Part shown: piece after piece, positions 24,810 through 38,095 of the stretch | How positions within the stretch are numbered: position 1 is the stretch's first letter | Layout: each line of letters starts with the position of its first letter | Assembly: GCF_028641065.1 (NCBI RefSeq) | Contig: NC_073379.1 | Coordinates: forward strand, 81,034,001-81,098,000 | Direction of reading: 5' to 3' | DNA from: Leucoraja erinacea | Lineage: Eukaryota | Length of the DNA: 64,000 nucleotides | Translations under genes and position numbers: made by a program | Notes under the pieces: generated by a model | The model's input: only the letters and a program-made list of their open reading frames with translations | What the model was told of the DNA's origin: nothing | The model's database searches: none

Positions 24810-25750
24810 CAAGTCAAGTCAAGTTGGAGTTTATAATGTCACATACACTACGAGATGTGCAGTGAAATGAAAGTGGCAATGCTCGCGGACACAACAAAAC
24901 AACCAAAAGGCCTAGATAACGTGAATGTGGCGAGGACACATATTATTTTACATAATAAATAATAGAAGGTAAAAACGTTCTGTACAGTTAGTCCCTGGTG
25001 AGAAAGGCGTTTACAGTCCGAATTGCCTCTGGGAAAAACTCCTTCTCAACCTCTCCGTTCTCACTGCATGGCAACGGAGGCGTTTGCCTGACCGTAGCGG
25101 CTGGAACACATCTGTTGCAGGGGTGGAAGAGGAGAGAAAGCATTTTGTTGTTGAATGATGGAGTTGCACCTCCTGTTGTATAAATGCAGGGGGGGTGAGT
25201 GAAGTTCCCATAGTGCGTATGGCCGAACGCACTACTCTCTGCAGAGCCTTCTTGTCCTTGGCAGAGCAATTCCCGAACCAGATGGTAATGTTCCCGGACA
25301 AGATGCTTTCCACCGCCGCTGCGTAGAAGCACTGGAGGATCCTTGGAGACACTCTGAATTTCCTCAATTGCCTGAGGTGGTAAAGGCGCTGCCTTGCCTT
25401 ACTCACGAGTGCTGAGGCGTGTGATGACCATGTCATATCCTCAGAGATGTGGACTCCCAGATATTTAAAACAGTTCACCCTATCCACAGGATCCCCATTT
25501 ATACTCAATGGAGTGTACGTCCTCGGATGATGTGCCCTCCTAAAGTCCATGATCAGCTCCTTCGTTTTTTTGATGTTCAAGAGGAGACTGTTCTCCTGGC
25601 ACCAGAGTGCTAGATCAGCCACCTCCTCCCGGTAGGCCCTCTCATCATTGTCTGAGATCAGGCCCACCACCACAGTGTCATCAGCAAACTTAATTATTGA
25701 ATTGGAGCTGAACCTAGCCACACAGTCATGTGTGTACAGGGAGTACAATA
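24810..25750 (-). mobile_element. 5'-truncated Rex1/Babar-type LINE with TSD
   Basis: ORF 25011-25748 (YSLYTHDC..IKFADDT..FKYLGVHISED); TSD GGTC(C)AGAGGAGGTTTACGAGAAT at 24787-24809 and 25751-25774. Confidence 0.9.
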
Positions 25751-26339
25751 GGTCCAGAGGAGGTTTACGAGAATAATTCCAGGGATGATTGGAGCGTTTA
25801 ATGGCTCTGGGCCTCTACTTGTTGGAGTTTAGAGGGATGGAATGGGATTTCATTGACACCTACCAAATAATAAAAGGCCTAGATTACGTGAATGTGGCGA
25901 GGACATTTCCAGTAGTGGGAGAGTCTGGGACAAGAGTGTACAGCCTCAGAATAGTAAGATGTACCTTTGAAATGGAGATAAGGAGGAATTTCTTTAGCCA
26001 TAGGGTAGTGAATCTGTGGAATTCATTGGCACAGACGATGGTGGAGGCCGCCATTGGGTGTTTTTTTTAACAGAGATTGAAAACATGATTTTTAAGGTCA
26101 TCAAAAATTATGGAGAGAAAGCAGAAGAATGGGGTTGAGATGGTAAAATAGATCAGCCATGATTGTATGGCGGAGCAATCTCAATGAATCGAATAGCCTA
26201 AAGGGCCTGTCCCACGTACGTGTCCTTGGCATGCAAATTACGCAACCTCGTGGTCGCGTTGCGCCGCGATGATCCCGTGAAGGTTGGGCACGATTTCATG
26301 CGTATGCACAGCCGCCTGGAGTGCATGGTGTCATTTGAA

Positions 26340-26530
26340 GATGGACACAAAGCTGGAGTAACTCAGCGGGACTGGCAGCATCTCTGGAGAGAAGCAATGG
26401 GTGACGTTTCGTGTCGAGACTCTTCTTCAGTCTGAAAAGAAGAGTCTTGACCTGAAACGTCACCCATTGCTTCTCTCCAGAGATACTGCCGGTCCCGCTA
26501 AATTACTCCTGCATTTTGTGTCTTATCTTC
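26340..26530. mobile_element. Penelope-derived fold-back repeat nested in the MITE
   Basis: 26344-26430 is the reverse complement of 26432-26522. Confidence 0.75.
26400..26434 (-). ncRNA. Minimal hammerhead ribozyme-like motif
   Basis: Minus strand CUGAAGA-A-GAGUCUCGACAC-GAAAC-GUC: CUGANGA and GAAA boxes, stem II, palindromic ACGU and a GUC triplet. Confidence 0.55.
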
Positions 26531-27364
26531 AATTTTCTTGGCCCCGCTCTGGGAGTAGAAGTGGGGGCGGAACCGAACCGCAACGGCCGTGAGCCCCAGG
26601 CTGAGTTCGGCGATCGTTTGCCTGCTTCTGCTGTTGTTGAAGGTGAGACTTTGCGTCGCGCCAGGGTCTTGGGCCTATCCCACTTTGGCCGTCAGTTCCA
26701 CAACAAGCCTTTGTCACGCAAAGATTTTGTTCACTACAAAAATTTCGGAACCCCGCGCGATTTCGCGCACAACTACATACCCCTCCACGCTTCTAAGTGG
26801 GACCAGCCCCGCATGGCCATACGATGCCCGTGCACCTCAACGAGACCATGAGGTCGTGTAATTTGCGTGCCAAAGACATGTAAGTGGGACAGGTCCTTTA
26901 TTCTGCTCCAAAGTCTTATGGTCTTATTTGGAAACAATAAAAAGTTCTAACCTAGTCATTAACAGAGCAGAAGATGATGTAAAATTTGTGAGCACTGTGC
27001 TAAAGAGTGCATGAGCTAAATTCATGCGGTGTGGGAAATGGGTAATTGAGTTGCCTCCAGAGTTGAAAATAAAAGGACTAGAATAATGAATAGAGGAGGA
27101 TTATCTCTGATCCACCCAGGAACGACAGTTAAAGAAGAAGTTAAGATGTTTTGAGCTTGGGAATAAAGTTTTAAAATTGAGCTTTTACATTTAGTAGTAG
27201 TAAATGCTTTCGGAGGCCAGGAATAAAATGGGGAGTTAATACCTAAACATGGCTGAGGTTTCCACGATGCACATGTAGTGAAGGCTACCACTGTTCTTAT
27301 GTGGACAAATTGGACATTGAATGAAACAGAAAAAAAACAGAAAAAAAAGAGAAAAAGGAAGAAT

Positions 27365-30300
27365 CAAAACCCCTCTAATCTATTCCTTATAAAGGCTTCT
27401 TTAAAAACCTTGCTTAGCCAGGGAGACAATAAACTGGAAAAATACTTTAAAAATTCTACTGTAAACCCATCTAAACCGGGAGCTTTACCAGAATTCATTG
27501 AAAGGATTGCTTTCTGTATTCCTTCTTCCGTGATGGGTTCATCTAACAACAGAGACTCATTATATGGTAAATTTGGCAAGCTCAGTCTCTTTAAAAACTC
27601 ATGTATTATATTGGAATCAGTAGGAAATTCTGATTGGTATAGGGACGTATAAAATTCCTGATAGGATTTATTAATTTTGTCATGGTCTACAGTTGGTGTA
27701 CCATCTCGTTTACTCACTTTAGTAATCTGACGTTTGGCCGACACGGCTTTCAACTGATTAACGAGTAATTTACCAGATTTTTTGCCTTGTATATAAAATT
27801 GATTTTTGGTTTTAAGTAGCTGGTTCCCAATCGGTGATACTAATAACAAATCATATCTCAATTGAAGTTCAACTCTATTCTTAGAGAGCTCTAAACTAGG
27901 AGCTTTGGAATATTTTTTTATCAATTTCTTTAATCTCGTCAGCCAATATACATTTTTTTAAAAGTTTTTTTTAATCTCGTGGAGTATGAAATAATTTGTC
28001 CAAATATATGCCTTAAAAGCATCCCAGACCTCACCATTGGATATTTCTTCAGTAGAGTTCGTCAAGAAGAAGAAAGCAATCTGATCTTTAATAAAATTAA
28101 CAAAATTTAAATCTTGAAGCAAAGTAGCATTCAATCATCATTGTTTAGCACTAAACTTGGAATCAGGTAGTTCGATTGATAGTTTCAATGGTGCGTGATC
28201 AGAAATAGCAATTGCATCATACTCACTTGCAGTGACCAATGAAGCTGGCCGAGAATCTATTATAAAGTAGTCAATCCTAGAATAACTATGATATACATGA
28301 GAAAAAAAAGAAAATTCTTTGTCATTTGCGTGTAAGAATCTCCAAACTTCTAACATTCCAGTGTCAAGTAAAAAAGAATTGATAAAACTAGCCGATTTTT
28401 TTGGAAGCACATGATCAGATGATGAGATCCGTCAATCAAGGGGTTCAAACAACAGTTGGAATCTCCACCCATTATTAAAAGTGTTCATTTAAATTAGGAA
28501 ACGATGCAATTAACTGTTTAAAAACTAGGGGTGATCAATATTTGGTGCATAAACATTCACCATAGCAACTGTGGCTATAAAGAACACCAGTAATCACCAA
28601 AAATCCACCATATGGATCAGAAATTCTTTCATAATGAACAAACAGAATTGAGGAGTCAATAAAAATAAAGCCTGTGAATTTGAATGAAACTGCTGTCCTC
28701 TCCAAAACTTGAAAAATCGTTGATTGTCATCTTGCCTTACATGAGTTTCCTGAATAAAAATAATCTGAGCATTTAGTCTACGAAGAACTTATTTTCCTCT
28801 TAAGGGATGGTTCAAGCCATTCACATTCCATGAAAGGAAGTTAAAAACTTTATCTATATTGTTTGTAAAAATCATGTGGGATGTAAAGAGTTAATTTCTT
28901 AAAGCCTAATAGTTCATGATACTGGAAGATGAAAAATCTAGGGCGGAGCCAGAAGTTACGACATTTCAGACATTTTTGTAGTTCATATTCTGCACAAATG
29001 AAAACAATAAGTAAGAAACAAAAGACGCCTCACCGCCACCCACCAATGTAAAACCCGAAACTGACCAATCAACAGTCAGTAAGCTACCTAATCCCTTCCC
29101 TACCGCCATCTCTCCTAGCAACAGCACCCAGTGTAAAAAAAAAGCATATTTGCCACTCAATAGCTAAAACATGTTCAATGTTGTAGTTTGAGAGAAAAAA
29201 AAACATGTTGGCAATGGAGCTGAAGAGCAAGAGCTACTTCATATTATTCATCCAAGGTCAAAATATGAAAAACAGGAACTGCGTTCACTTAATTTGTCTA
29301 AAGACAGGGGGAAAACAAATTCTTTCAATTTTAAGAATAGAAAAACTAACAGAGAAATTCTTAAAAATTAATATATATAAAAGAAAAACCAACTCATCCA
29401 GTAATTCTTAATCATTACCAAACGATGTATTGTCAAAATAGGGACAGTAAATCTCCAATTATAACTTAATCAGCTATCAATTACTCCCCTTCACCCTCGT
29501 AAGCCTCCAGAAAGCTGGAAGCGTCTTGAGGATTGTTGAAAAATCGAATGAAAGCTGGGCACAACTTTTTCTTAAACAGATCAGGCATTACATTATGAAA
29601 AGACTTTCTTATTTCCAAAAGCTCGTAACTATAATCAGGAACAAACCGAAACTTGCATTGTTCATATTCAACCACGCTCAACTTTTTTGCTGCCTGGAGA
29701 ATATTCTCCTTCATTTGCAAGAAGTGAAACTGAACAATCAAATGTCTCGGTTTATTACCATATTTCTTCCCAATCCTGTGTGCGATATCCAAAAATGGAA
29801 GATTTTCATGGTGCTCAATGTTGAAAGTCTCCTTTATCATTTTAAAGCATATTTTATAACATTATCTCCTTCTTGACATTCTGGCAGTTCAGCCGACGGC
29901 TTCTGTTTTCCAGATCCATACTCAGAGATCCATACAGCAGAAATTCAGTCGACAGCTTCTGTTTTCCAGATCCATATTTTTGATCTTGTATTGCTGGAGT
30001 GCTCGAGTATTTTCATTCATTCTCCGTTCCAGTTTTTCAATCTTCAAATCTCTCTCCTGGCCCAGGGTTCGCAAGTTATCAATTTGTTCCTTTTGTTCAC
30101 GTTCATCTTGTAACACAATCAGCTTGGCTTGAACTTCCTTGAATTTGCTCGAAACTCCTTTCACCATTTCTTCCAAACTGCAAAATCTTGTTTTCATTTC
30201 ATTTTTCAGTTCATCGTTCATTTTCGATATTGCTTCTAAAATACTAGAGTCAGAAGCTGTGGCTGTGGCTTTCCCATGTTCCTTCCTTGGGGAGCCTCCT

Positions 30301-30480
30301 TTCCCTCTTGTCTCCATCCTTTTCACGATTAAGGCGTATAAAAGTGTTATTAACGCTCTATGAAAAGTTAGACCATGCCTTGAAGTCAAGTAATGACAAG
30401 TAACATTGAAAGAGTGGTAAGTGAAATTTAAAAGTTAAGGGAGCAAAGAATTTGCAACCTTTACAACATGCTGCCACTAG
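27365..30480 (-). mobile_element. L1-clade LINE, 5' half (ORF1, spacer, ORF2 endonuclease to RT start), degenerate
   Basis: ORF1 coiled coil with DLENRS, IAHR, PR.LIVQFH, PDYS; ORF2 SWNVNGL, IQETH, RIDYF, ISDHAP, SGKAPGLDGF. Confidence 0.85.
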
Positions 30481-31139
30481 TCATTTCTGTCTTCACTCCA
30501 CTGATGCTACAGGTTACAACTTCTGATCTGATTTTGAAATGGTAGAGTTGTTTTAAATATATTGGTCAAACTAGATATGTAGATGTCTGTAGCTGCTGTA
30601 GTTATAGAACAAATTGTTAATCTTCATATAAGTGTTCAACCATCAAGTACATTTTCAAGTGAAATATAAAAACAGATCATTCACAGCAGATTTGCAGTTT
30701 TAAGTACTGTAAGAGCAAGATATTAAGTTAATTATTGCAGCAGTGAAACTTTGAAATATTCTGCTAGTAAGATGATACAGTTTGATACTCTGCACATTCA
30801 TTGTTTCTGATGGTAATCATTTGCTCTTACTGTTTTTGCTAATCCAGTTATAGCTGACAGCTTTTCTCATTCCTTTTTTTTTGGACAATCCATTCAGTTC
30901 CTAAGCTGACATGAAGAATTAACATTAATTTGGAAAGCAACAAATTTTCAATGAACTGATAATCATTGATGTGTCATATGATTCTTACAAGATTTATTAA
31001 CCAGGAGGAAGTTTCATTCATTTACTTCTCTGCTACTGCATTTTTTGAATCCATGGCAAAGTAAATTGCATTATGATACTGCAACCTATTCATGGATTAT
31101 AGCAACCATTCTGTGGTTGACACTGTGCAATTGTCACAG

Positions 31140-32695
31140 AGAATTATAGAGGTACACTGCATGAAAATGAGCCATTTGGCCTACCCTATCCATTTTGATC
31201 ATGATGGCATTCTGGGCATGTCCCATTTGCCTGCATTTGGTCCACATCTCTCCAAATTCTTCCTGTCCCTGTAACTGTCCAAATGTCTTATGAAAGTCGT
31301 AAATGTACTCACATCTATAACTTCCTCTGGCAGCTCACTCCAGTTATGGAATGACTACACTAAGTTAACAAACTACTCCAGAGGTCCCTCTTAAATCTCA
31401 TCTCCCTCACCTTTAGGCAATACCCTCTATTATTAGAATCCAGAGAAAAAGACTTTACCCATGTTCTGCCTGATCTTGTATACTTCTTTCCTGTACCCTT
31501 TCCAACTTAATGATATCCTTCCTATAGCTGGGTAACCAGAACTACATACAATACTCCAATGTGGTCTCATTACCCTTCCCAATGAATAAAAGCATGCAAC
31601 ATTCATTCTTCACCACCCTGCCCACCAGCCTTGCTACTTTCACTGAACCATGCATCTGTAATATCAGATATCTCTGTTCTGCAACACTCTCCGGGACGTT
31701 ACCATTTACTGACATACCAAAGTAGAGCACCTCACTCTTGTCAGAGTTAAATTCCATTTGCCATTCCTTGTCCCACCTTTCCAACTAATCCAGTTCCTGT
31801 TGTAAACGTCTTCACTGTTCACTATACCATCAATTTTGGGGCCATCTGCAAATTTACAAACAATGTTAATAAAATAGCCATCCAAATTGTTATTGTCTCT
31901 AACCTGTGGAAACAAACCTGAGCATTCTACTGCTCACAGGCCTCCAGTCAAAAAACAACCCATCACACCTGCCCTTTGACTCCATCCTGTAAACCAATTT
32001 TTAATCCAATTAGCTAGCTCATTTTGGATCCAATGTGATATAATTCTACAAACTAGCCTACCATGTGGACCTTGTCAAAAGCCTTACTATAGACAACCTT
32101 GTCAAAATCCTTACTGTCACCTTGCCCTTATCGATCCTCTTCAAAATGCTCTATCTGATATGTGAGAAGATTTCCCTCACGCAAAGCCACGCTGATTATC
32201 CCTAATCAGTCCACATCTATCGAAAAGCATGTCGACCCTGTCTATAAGAATCCCCTCTAACAACTTTCTCAGTGGTCTGTGGTTCCCTGCTTCCATCCCG
32301 ATGCTTTTAAATAACGGCACAATGTCAGTTACCTTCCGGAATTCTACCTGTGGCTAATGATGATGCAAAAACTCTCTCCAAGGGTTCTCCAATGTTTAAC
32401 TGTCCCTACCACAAGGTACTGGGATGAACTAGGGATTAATCCACTTATCGAGTCCTAGAGCCAGGGAGTCTTACAGAGTGGAAACAGTCCCTTCGGCCCA
32501 ACTTGCCCACACGTGCCCAATCTACACTCATCCTATCTGCCTGCGTTTGGCCCACATCCTTCTAAACATGTCCTATCCATGTACCTGTCTCAATATTTCT
32601 TAAATGTTGCAATAGTACCTGTCTCAACTACCTCCCCCGGCAGCTCTGTTCATACACCGACCACAACTTTGTCTGAAAAAGTTACTCCCAGCACT
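31140..32695 (-). mobile_element. Old CR1 fragments (RT to 3' end) plus a second CR1 tail
   Basis: KFADGPKIDG, WQMEFN.DK.EV motifs; CR1 3' UTR in reverse at 31140-31450 and 32450-32695. Confidence 0.7.
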
Positions 32696-33964
32696 TAATG
32701 TGCTTTAAAACCACCAACAGCTCCACCATGATCATTTGCCTCAATTTCTCAGCTTCCACTGCTAAAGTGTTCAATAGTTTTTATAATGTGAAAACTTGAG
32801 TTGCTAACTTACCATCAATAAGGACAGACATTATGGGTTAATATTGGAGCTTCCTACAACTGACTGAGGAGGTAGAATCTGGGGATCTCAATGTATTATG
32901 CCAAAGGTACAGGTAAACACAGTTTAATTCAAGTCATAATTCCAGGGTTTTCATAGGTTATGTAAAACAGGTATTGGGTTCCTAATGAATGGTATTATGG
33001 GGTTAAAAGTTAGGTGCGATCTCTCTGTATGAAAGAAGTGACCATTCATACAGCATGGAACTGGACCAAGTCCTAATTTCAGGTCCCAAGCCGAGATGTG
33101 CAGTGATATTTCTCGGTTGGAAAACATAACTAAGGGAAAATAAACCTTTGTAGCTAAGGGGTATAATTAATACAATGAGAAAAAGAAAGTGAAACAAAAT
33201 AAAAGGAATTAAACCCTTCAGGCCACATCTGTCATTCAACCAGAATGTAACTGACCTTTATATCGTCCATTTACTTCCCCTTGTTCTATATATTTTGATA
33301 ATCTTCTCCGACCAACATCTCAGTCTGAAAGTTTCATTGGCCTCTTATCGGAGTGAACTTTAGATTTCCACGACTTTTTATTTGAACAAGTGGTTCCTGG
33401 TTTTGTTCCTAGGTGACCAAGACTAAATGTAACTTAAACTCAATTATTCTGAATTCCCCATCCAGAAGAAATAATTTACTGCATCAATCCTGAGTTAAAG
33501 TGAGAGTAACTGCCCTTGACCAAAACTGAACACAATACTTTAAATGTGGCTTCATCATGCGCAACAAAATATGGTTGTGGTAGTTGGAGGTCAATTATCT
33601 TCGTCACAGAATATCGTTGCAGCAGTTCCTTAGGATATTGTCCAAGCCCAATCTTCCTCAGTTGCTTCATCAATGACCTTCCTTCAATTGTAAGTTCAGA
33701 AGCATGGATGTTCGCTGACGATGGCATAATGTTCAGTGCTATTCAGATAATTAAGCTATTCTCATCCAAATGCAGCAAGACCTGGGCAATATACATGTCT
33801 GGATTTATATGTGGAAAGTCACAATTGCACTGGACAAGTGCCAAGCAATGACAATAACTCATGTCCTAACACCCCAATGCCTGCTCACCTTCTGAAAGCC
33901 TCAAGTCAGGAATGGGATGGAATACTCTACACCTGTTGGGGCCGCAACTGTTTACCATATATAT

Positions 33965-34937
33965 TAATAAGGGAAGAGGGAATTAGGAGCAACACTAGCA
34001 AGTTTGCGGATGACAAAGCTGGGTGGCAGTGTGAACTGTGAAGAGGATGTTAGGAGGTTGCAGGGTGACCTGGACAGGATGAGTGAGTGGGCAGATGCGT
34101 GGCAGATGCAGTATAATATAGATAAATGTGAGGTTATCCACTTTGACGGCAAAAACAAGGAGGAAGATTATTATCTCAATGGGGTTAGGTTAGGTAAGGG
34201 GGAGGTGCAGCGAGACCTGGGCGTCCTTGTACACCGGTCACTGAAAGTTGGCTTACAGGTACAGCAGGCAGTGAAGAAAGCTAATGGAATGTTGGCCTTC
34301 ATAACAAGAGGATTTCAGTATAGGAGTAAAGAGGTTCTTCTACAGTTGTATAGGGCTCTGATGAGACCACATCTGGAGTATTGTGTACAGTTTTGGTCTC
34401 CTAATTTGAGGAAGGACATCCTTGTGATTGAGGCAGTGCAGCGTAGGTTCACGAGATTGATCCCTGGGATGGCGGGACTGTCATATGAGGAATGATTGAA
34501 AAGACTAGCATTGTTTTCACTAGAGTTTAGAAGGATGAGGGGGTTCTTATAGAAATAAATAAATTATGAAAGGACTGGACAAGCTAGATGCAGGAAAAAT
34601 GTTCCCAATGTGGGGTGAGTCCAGAACCAGGGCCCACAGTCTTAGAATAAATGGGAGGTCATTTAAGACCGAGGTGAGAAAAAAACTTTTTCAACCAGAG
34701 AGTTGTGAATTTATGGAATTCCCTGCCACAGAGGGCAGTGGAGGCCAAGTCACTGGATGGATTTAAGAGAGAGTTAGATAGAGCTCTATGGACTAGTGGA
34801 TTCAAGGGATATAGGGAGAAGACAGGCACGGGTTATTGATAGGGGACGATCAGCCATGAGCACAATGAATGGTGATGCTGACTCGAAGGGCCGAATGGTC
34901 TCCCCCTGCACCTATTTTCTATGTTTCTATGTTTCTA
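33965..34937 (+). mobile_element. 5'-truncated CR1 LINE
   Basis: SKFADD, WQMQYNIDKC, RPHLEYCVQFWSP, SRTRAH; (TTTCTATG)n tail. Confidence 0.9.
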
Positions 34938-35049
34938 ATTTCATTGTCCTATCTGGGACACATGACAATAAACTCTCTTGAATCTTGAATCTTGAACTAT
35001 CTGAACAAAGTCATTTTATTTTCTTCATGTGTCCTAATTCTCTGACTGT

Positions 35050-36260
35050 GTATTGAAACTATAATTTCTAAATACTCAAGAGATAATGTCAGCTGGATCA
35101 ACAACAGAGTGAGATGGGGTGCAAGAAAGAGATTGAGAACCTTGTGTTATAATGTCAGATCAACAACCTAGCCTTTCCTATTCCTTCACATCACCTATAT
35201 AGTTGACTTTTATGTCACCTATTTCTTTTCTCCAGAGATACTGTCTGACTCGCTGAGTTACTTCAGCTTTTTGTGTCAATCTTCGGATTAAACCATATCT
35301 GCAGTTCCTTCCTACACAACCTAGCCCTTAATGTCAGGAATCCAAATGATGTGGGAGTTGACCTAAGGCAGTGGGGGGAGCTCCATTCTCACTCTGAACA
35401 AACTAGGTTCAATAATGACCAACCCCACTCACCCACTCCACGCCCTGAAGGTGATCAAGTGCAGCATCTTCAGTCAGAGACTGATTGCACCAATGTGCAA
35501 AACGGAGAGACATAGGAAGTCTTGTATACCAGCTGCTATAAGGTTTTATAATGCACAAAAATAATTTTGGATTTTTTTTTTTTAGTATTCATTCATTGTA
35601 TTTTAACTAATTAAGTATTGAAGCTATCTGTGGAAATGTGTGGTGTTATGTCTGTCTTGAAGCTGCTGTGGCACTGTAATTTCCTGTAAAGGATTATTAA
35701 AGGTTATTCATCATCATCATTCATCATCATCAATGGAGTGACTGTGGAGATGTTTCCCAACTTCAAGTTAGGCCTCCATATTCCCAATAACCTGACCCAA
35801 TCTGGTCATATTGATGCATTGATCAAAAAAGGTCATCAGTGTATATGGTTTCTTCGGCTCTGAGAAGATCCAACATGTCCATGAGGATTCTCTAAAACCT
35901 TTGCAGATAGAAAGTATTCTGACAGGATACATCTCAGCCTGGTATGACAACTAATGTACCCTTGATCACCTGAACCTGCAGAGAGTGATGAACACAGCCC
36001 AGTGCATCACAGGCTTGTCACTTCCACCAGTCCATATTCACAGTAGGGTACATCAGGAAGGTTGGAAGTGTCATCAAGAATGCCTCCCACTAGCCATTCC
36101 CTTTCCTCTCATCTACAGCAAATGTAGCAGCTTGAAAGCCTGGACATAGGAGCTTGAAAGCTTGTGAATGGAAGTTCGAAAGCCTTGCGTATAGGAGTTT
36201 GAAAGCCTGGATGTTCAGCCTTAACAACAGCTGCTATCACTGCGATCAGACTCCTCAAAC
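35050..36260 (+). mobile_element. Old Rex1-type LINE remnant with nested Penelope-derived and LINE-tail inserts
   Basis: Degenerate EIENLV..QINNL, INGVTVE..FK, LQRVMNTAQCITG motifs. Confidence 0.5.
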
Positions 36261-36457
36261 AAGCTCTTTCACACCTCAATCCTGAGGGTCAACCACATAC
36301 TCTTAACACTTCTTCAGTTATTCCTTTATTGTACTTTAGCATATCCCTTTATTCCCATCGTAGTTTAACACTGGCACACTGGATGATGCCCATTGAAAAC
36401 TACTTTGCAGGCTTATTTATTTTCTCTCTGAGAACCGTGTCAATTTCTGCCTCTATA

Positions 36458-36785
36458 CGACATAGAACAATACAGCACAGGGACAGTCCCTTCTGCCCAC
36501 AATGTCTGGGCAGAATAAACTTTTCTGCCCTGAATACCCGTCCATTCCCTGCATATCCATGTGCCTATCCAAAAGCTTCTTCAATGCTACTATCATATCT
36601 GGCTCCACCACCACCCTTGACAGTGTGAACCAGGCACCCATGTGTTAATAGGTCTTGCCCCACAAATCCTCTTTAAATTTTGGGCCCTTTATCTTAAAGC
36701 TATGCCCTCTAGTTTGGACATTTCCATCCTGGGAAAAGTGCTCTGACCGTATACCCTATCTATGTCTCTCACAACTTTATACCAA
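36458..36785 (-). mobile_element. CR1 3' fragment
   Basis: Reverse CR1 ORF2 end and 3' UTR. Confidence 0.65.
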
Positions 36786-37319
36786 ATAATTTTATTATGT
36801 TTACTATAATAGAATGAGTATGTAAATGCAATAACACATTTACCTAATCCACAATTATGGAAATTGGAGCAGGTTGCTAAAAATGACAAAAAGTACTCTT
36901 TGTTCTTTATACTCTTTAGATAAAAGGTCTACATTAATGGGAAAATAGAGAAAAGTTAAATGCTATTTCTTAACGTTGAAAAGGAGCTGGTGCTACACTG
37001 CTGTAAATACTTTAGGAATTATAAGATTTTGGCAGAAGATAGGTATGTATGTTGGAAAGAGGACAACTTTCAATCCACTCAGACATTGTCTGGCCCACTG
37101 TGAGAGAAGTGACATTGCAGTACAGCCTCAACAATCCCTCTAATTCTGCGTTTAAGATATAAATATCTTGGTGATCAGCTTGTGAAGCTACTGCCTCATA
37201 TCTTCTGCAACCCAGGTTCTATCCTAACCTGGTATGTGTATGTGGACTTTACCCATCTAACCTGTGACCACGTGAATTTAATCTGGTGCTCTGGTTTCCT
37301 CCCACATTCTAGAGAGGAG

Positions 37320-38095
37320 ATGTGTAGGAAGGAACTGGTGATGCTAATTTATACCGAAGATAGATACAAAGTGCTGGATTAATTCAGCGGGTCAGGCAGC
37401 ATCTCTGGAGAAAAAGGATGGGTGATGTTTCGGGTCGGAACCCTTCTTCAGGCTGAAAGAAGGGAGGGGGCGGGGGGGGACTAGAGGTAGGAAAAGGCCA
37501 GAACAAATCAAGGCCGGCTACAGATGACCAAGGAAGGTTGGAGCCCATTATGGCCCATTGTTGGCAGGGGAAGAAGTGATACCAAAGGGATACAGGGATG
37601 TGAACATTGGAACTAATAGGATGATTTTGGAGGGGGAGGAGAGGGAATGCAGGGGTTACTTGAAGTTAGAGATATTACCTTTCATACCACTGGGTTGTAG
37701 GCTGCCCAGGTGAAACAAGAGCTTCTGTTCCTCCAATCTGCGTGTGAGCCTCAGTCTGCCCAAGTGAAACAAGAGCTTCTGTTCCTCCAATCTGCGTGTG
37801 AGCCTCAGTCTGATAGTGGAAGAGACTCAGGCAGAAAGGTCAGTATGGAAATAGGAAGGGGAGATAAAATGTTTGTCAACCAGGAGGTCACGTGGGCAAA
37901 GGCAGACTGAGCGCAAGTGTTCAGCAAAACAATTGCCCAACCTATATTTGGTCTTGCCGAGATGTACAAGCCCACACCAAGAGCAATGGATGTAGTAGAT
38001 GAGGTTGGAGGAGGTGCAAGTGAATTTGTGCCTCATCTGAAAGGACTGTCGGGGTCCCTGGATAAGGTGGGAGGTATAAGGGCAGGTGTCTGCAA
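37320..38095 (-). mobile_element. Penelope-like element 3' fragment (GIY-YIG endonuclease plus terminal repeat)
   Basis: FTCTSSNLIYYIHCSWCGLVHLGKTKYRLGNCFAEHLRSV..HF and R.LEEQ.L.FHLGSLQPSGM; 54-bp tandem duplication at 37703-37812. Confidence 0.85.
37421..37453 (-). ncRNA. Hammerhead ribozyme-like motif in the Penelope terminal repeat
   Basis: Minus strand CUGAAGA-A-GGGUUCCGACCC-GAAAC-AUC, same sense as the GIY-YIG ORF. Confidence 0.55.

Larger units (their letters stand above)
26202..26897. mobile_element. PIF/Harbinger-type non-autonomous element
   Basis: About 60-bp imperfect TIRs starting AGGGCCTGTCCCAC; TAA/TTA flanks; inserted in a CR1 tail. Confidence 0.8.
24620..26930 (+). mobile_element. 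CR1 3' fragment split by a Rex1-type LINE and a Harbinger MITE
   Basis: QFWAP..QRRFTR before 24809 resumes at 25775 (LYLLEFR..VVNLWNSL); the tail resumes after 26897. Confidence 0.8.
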
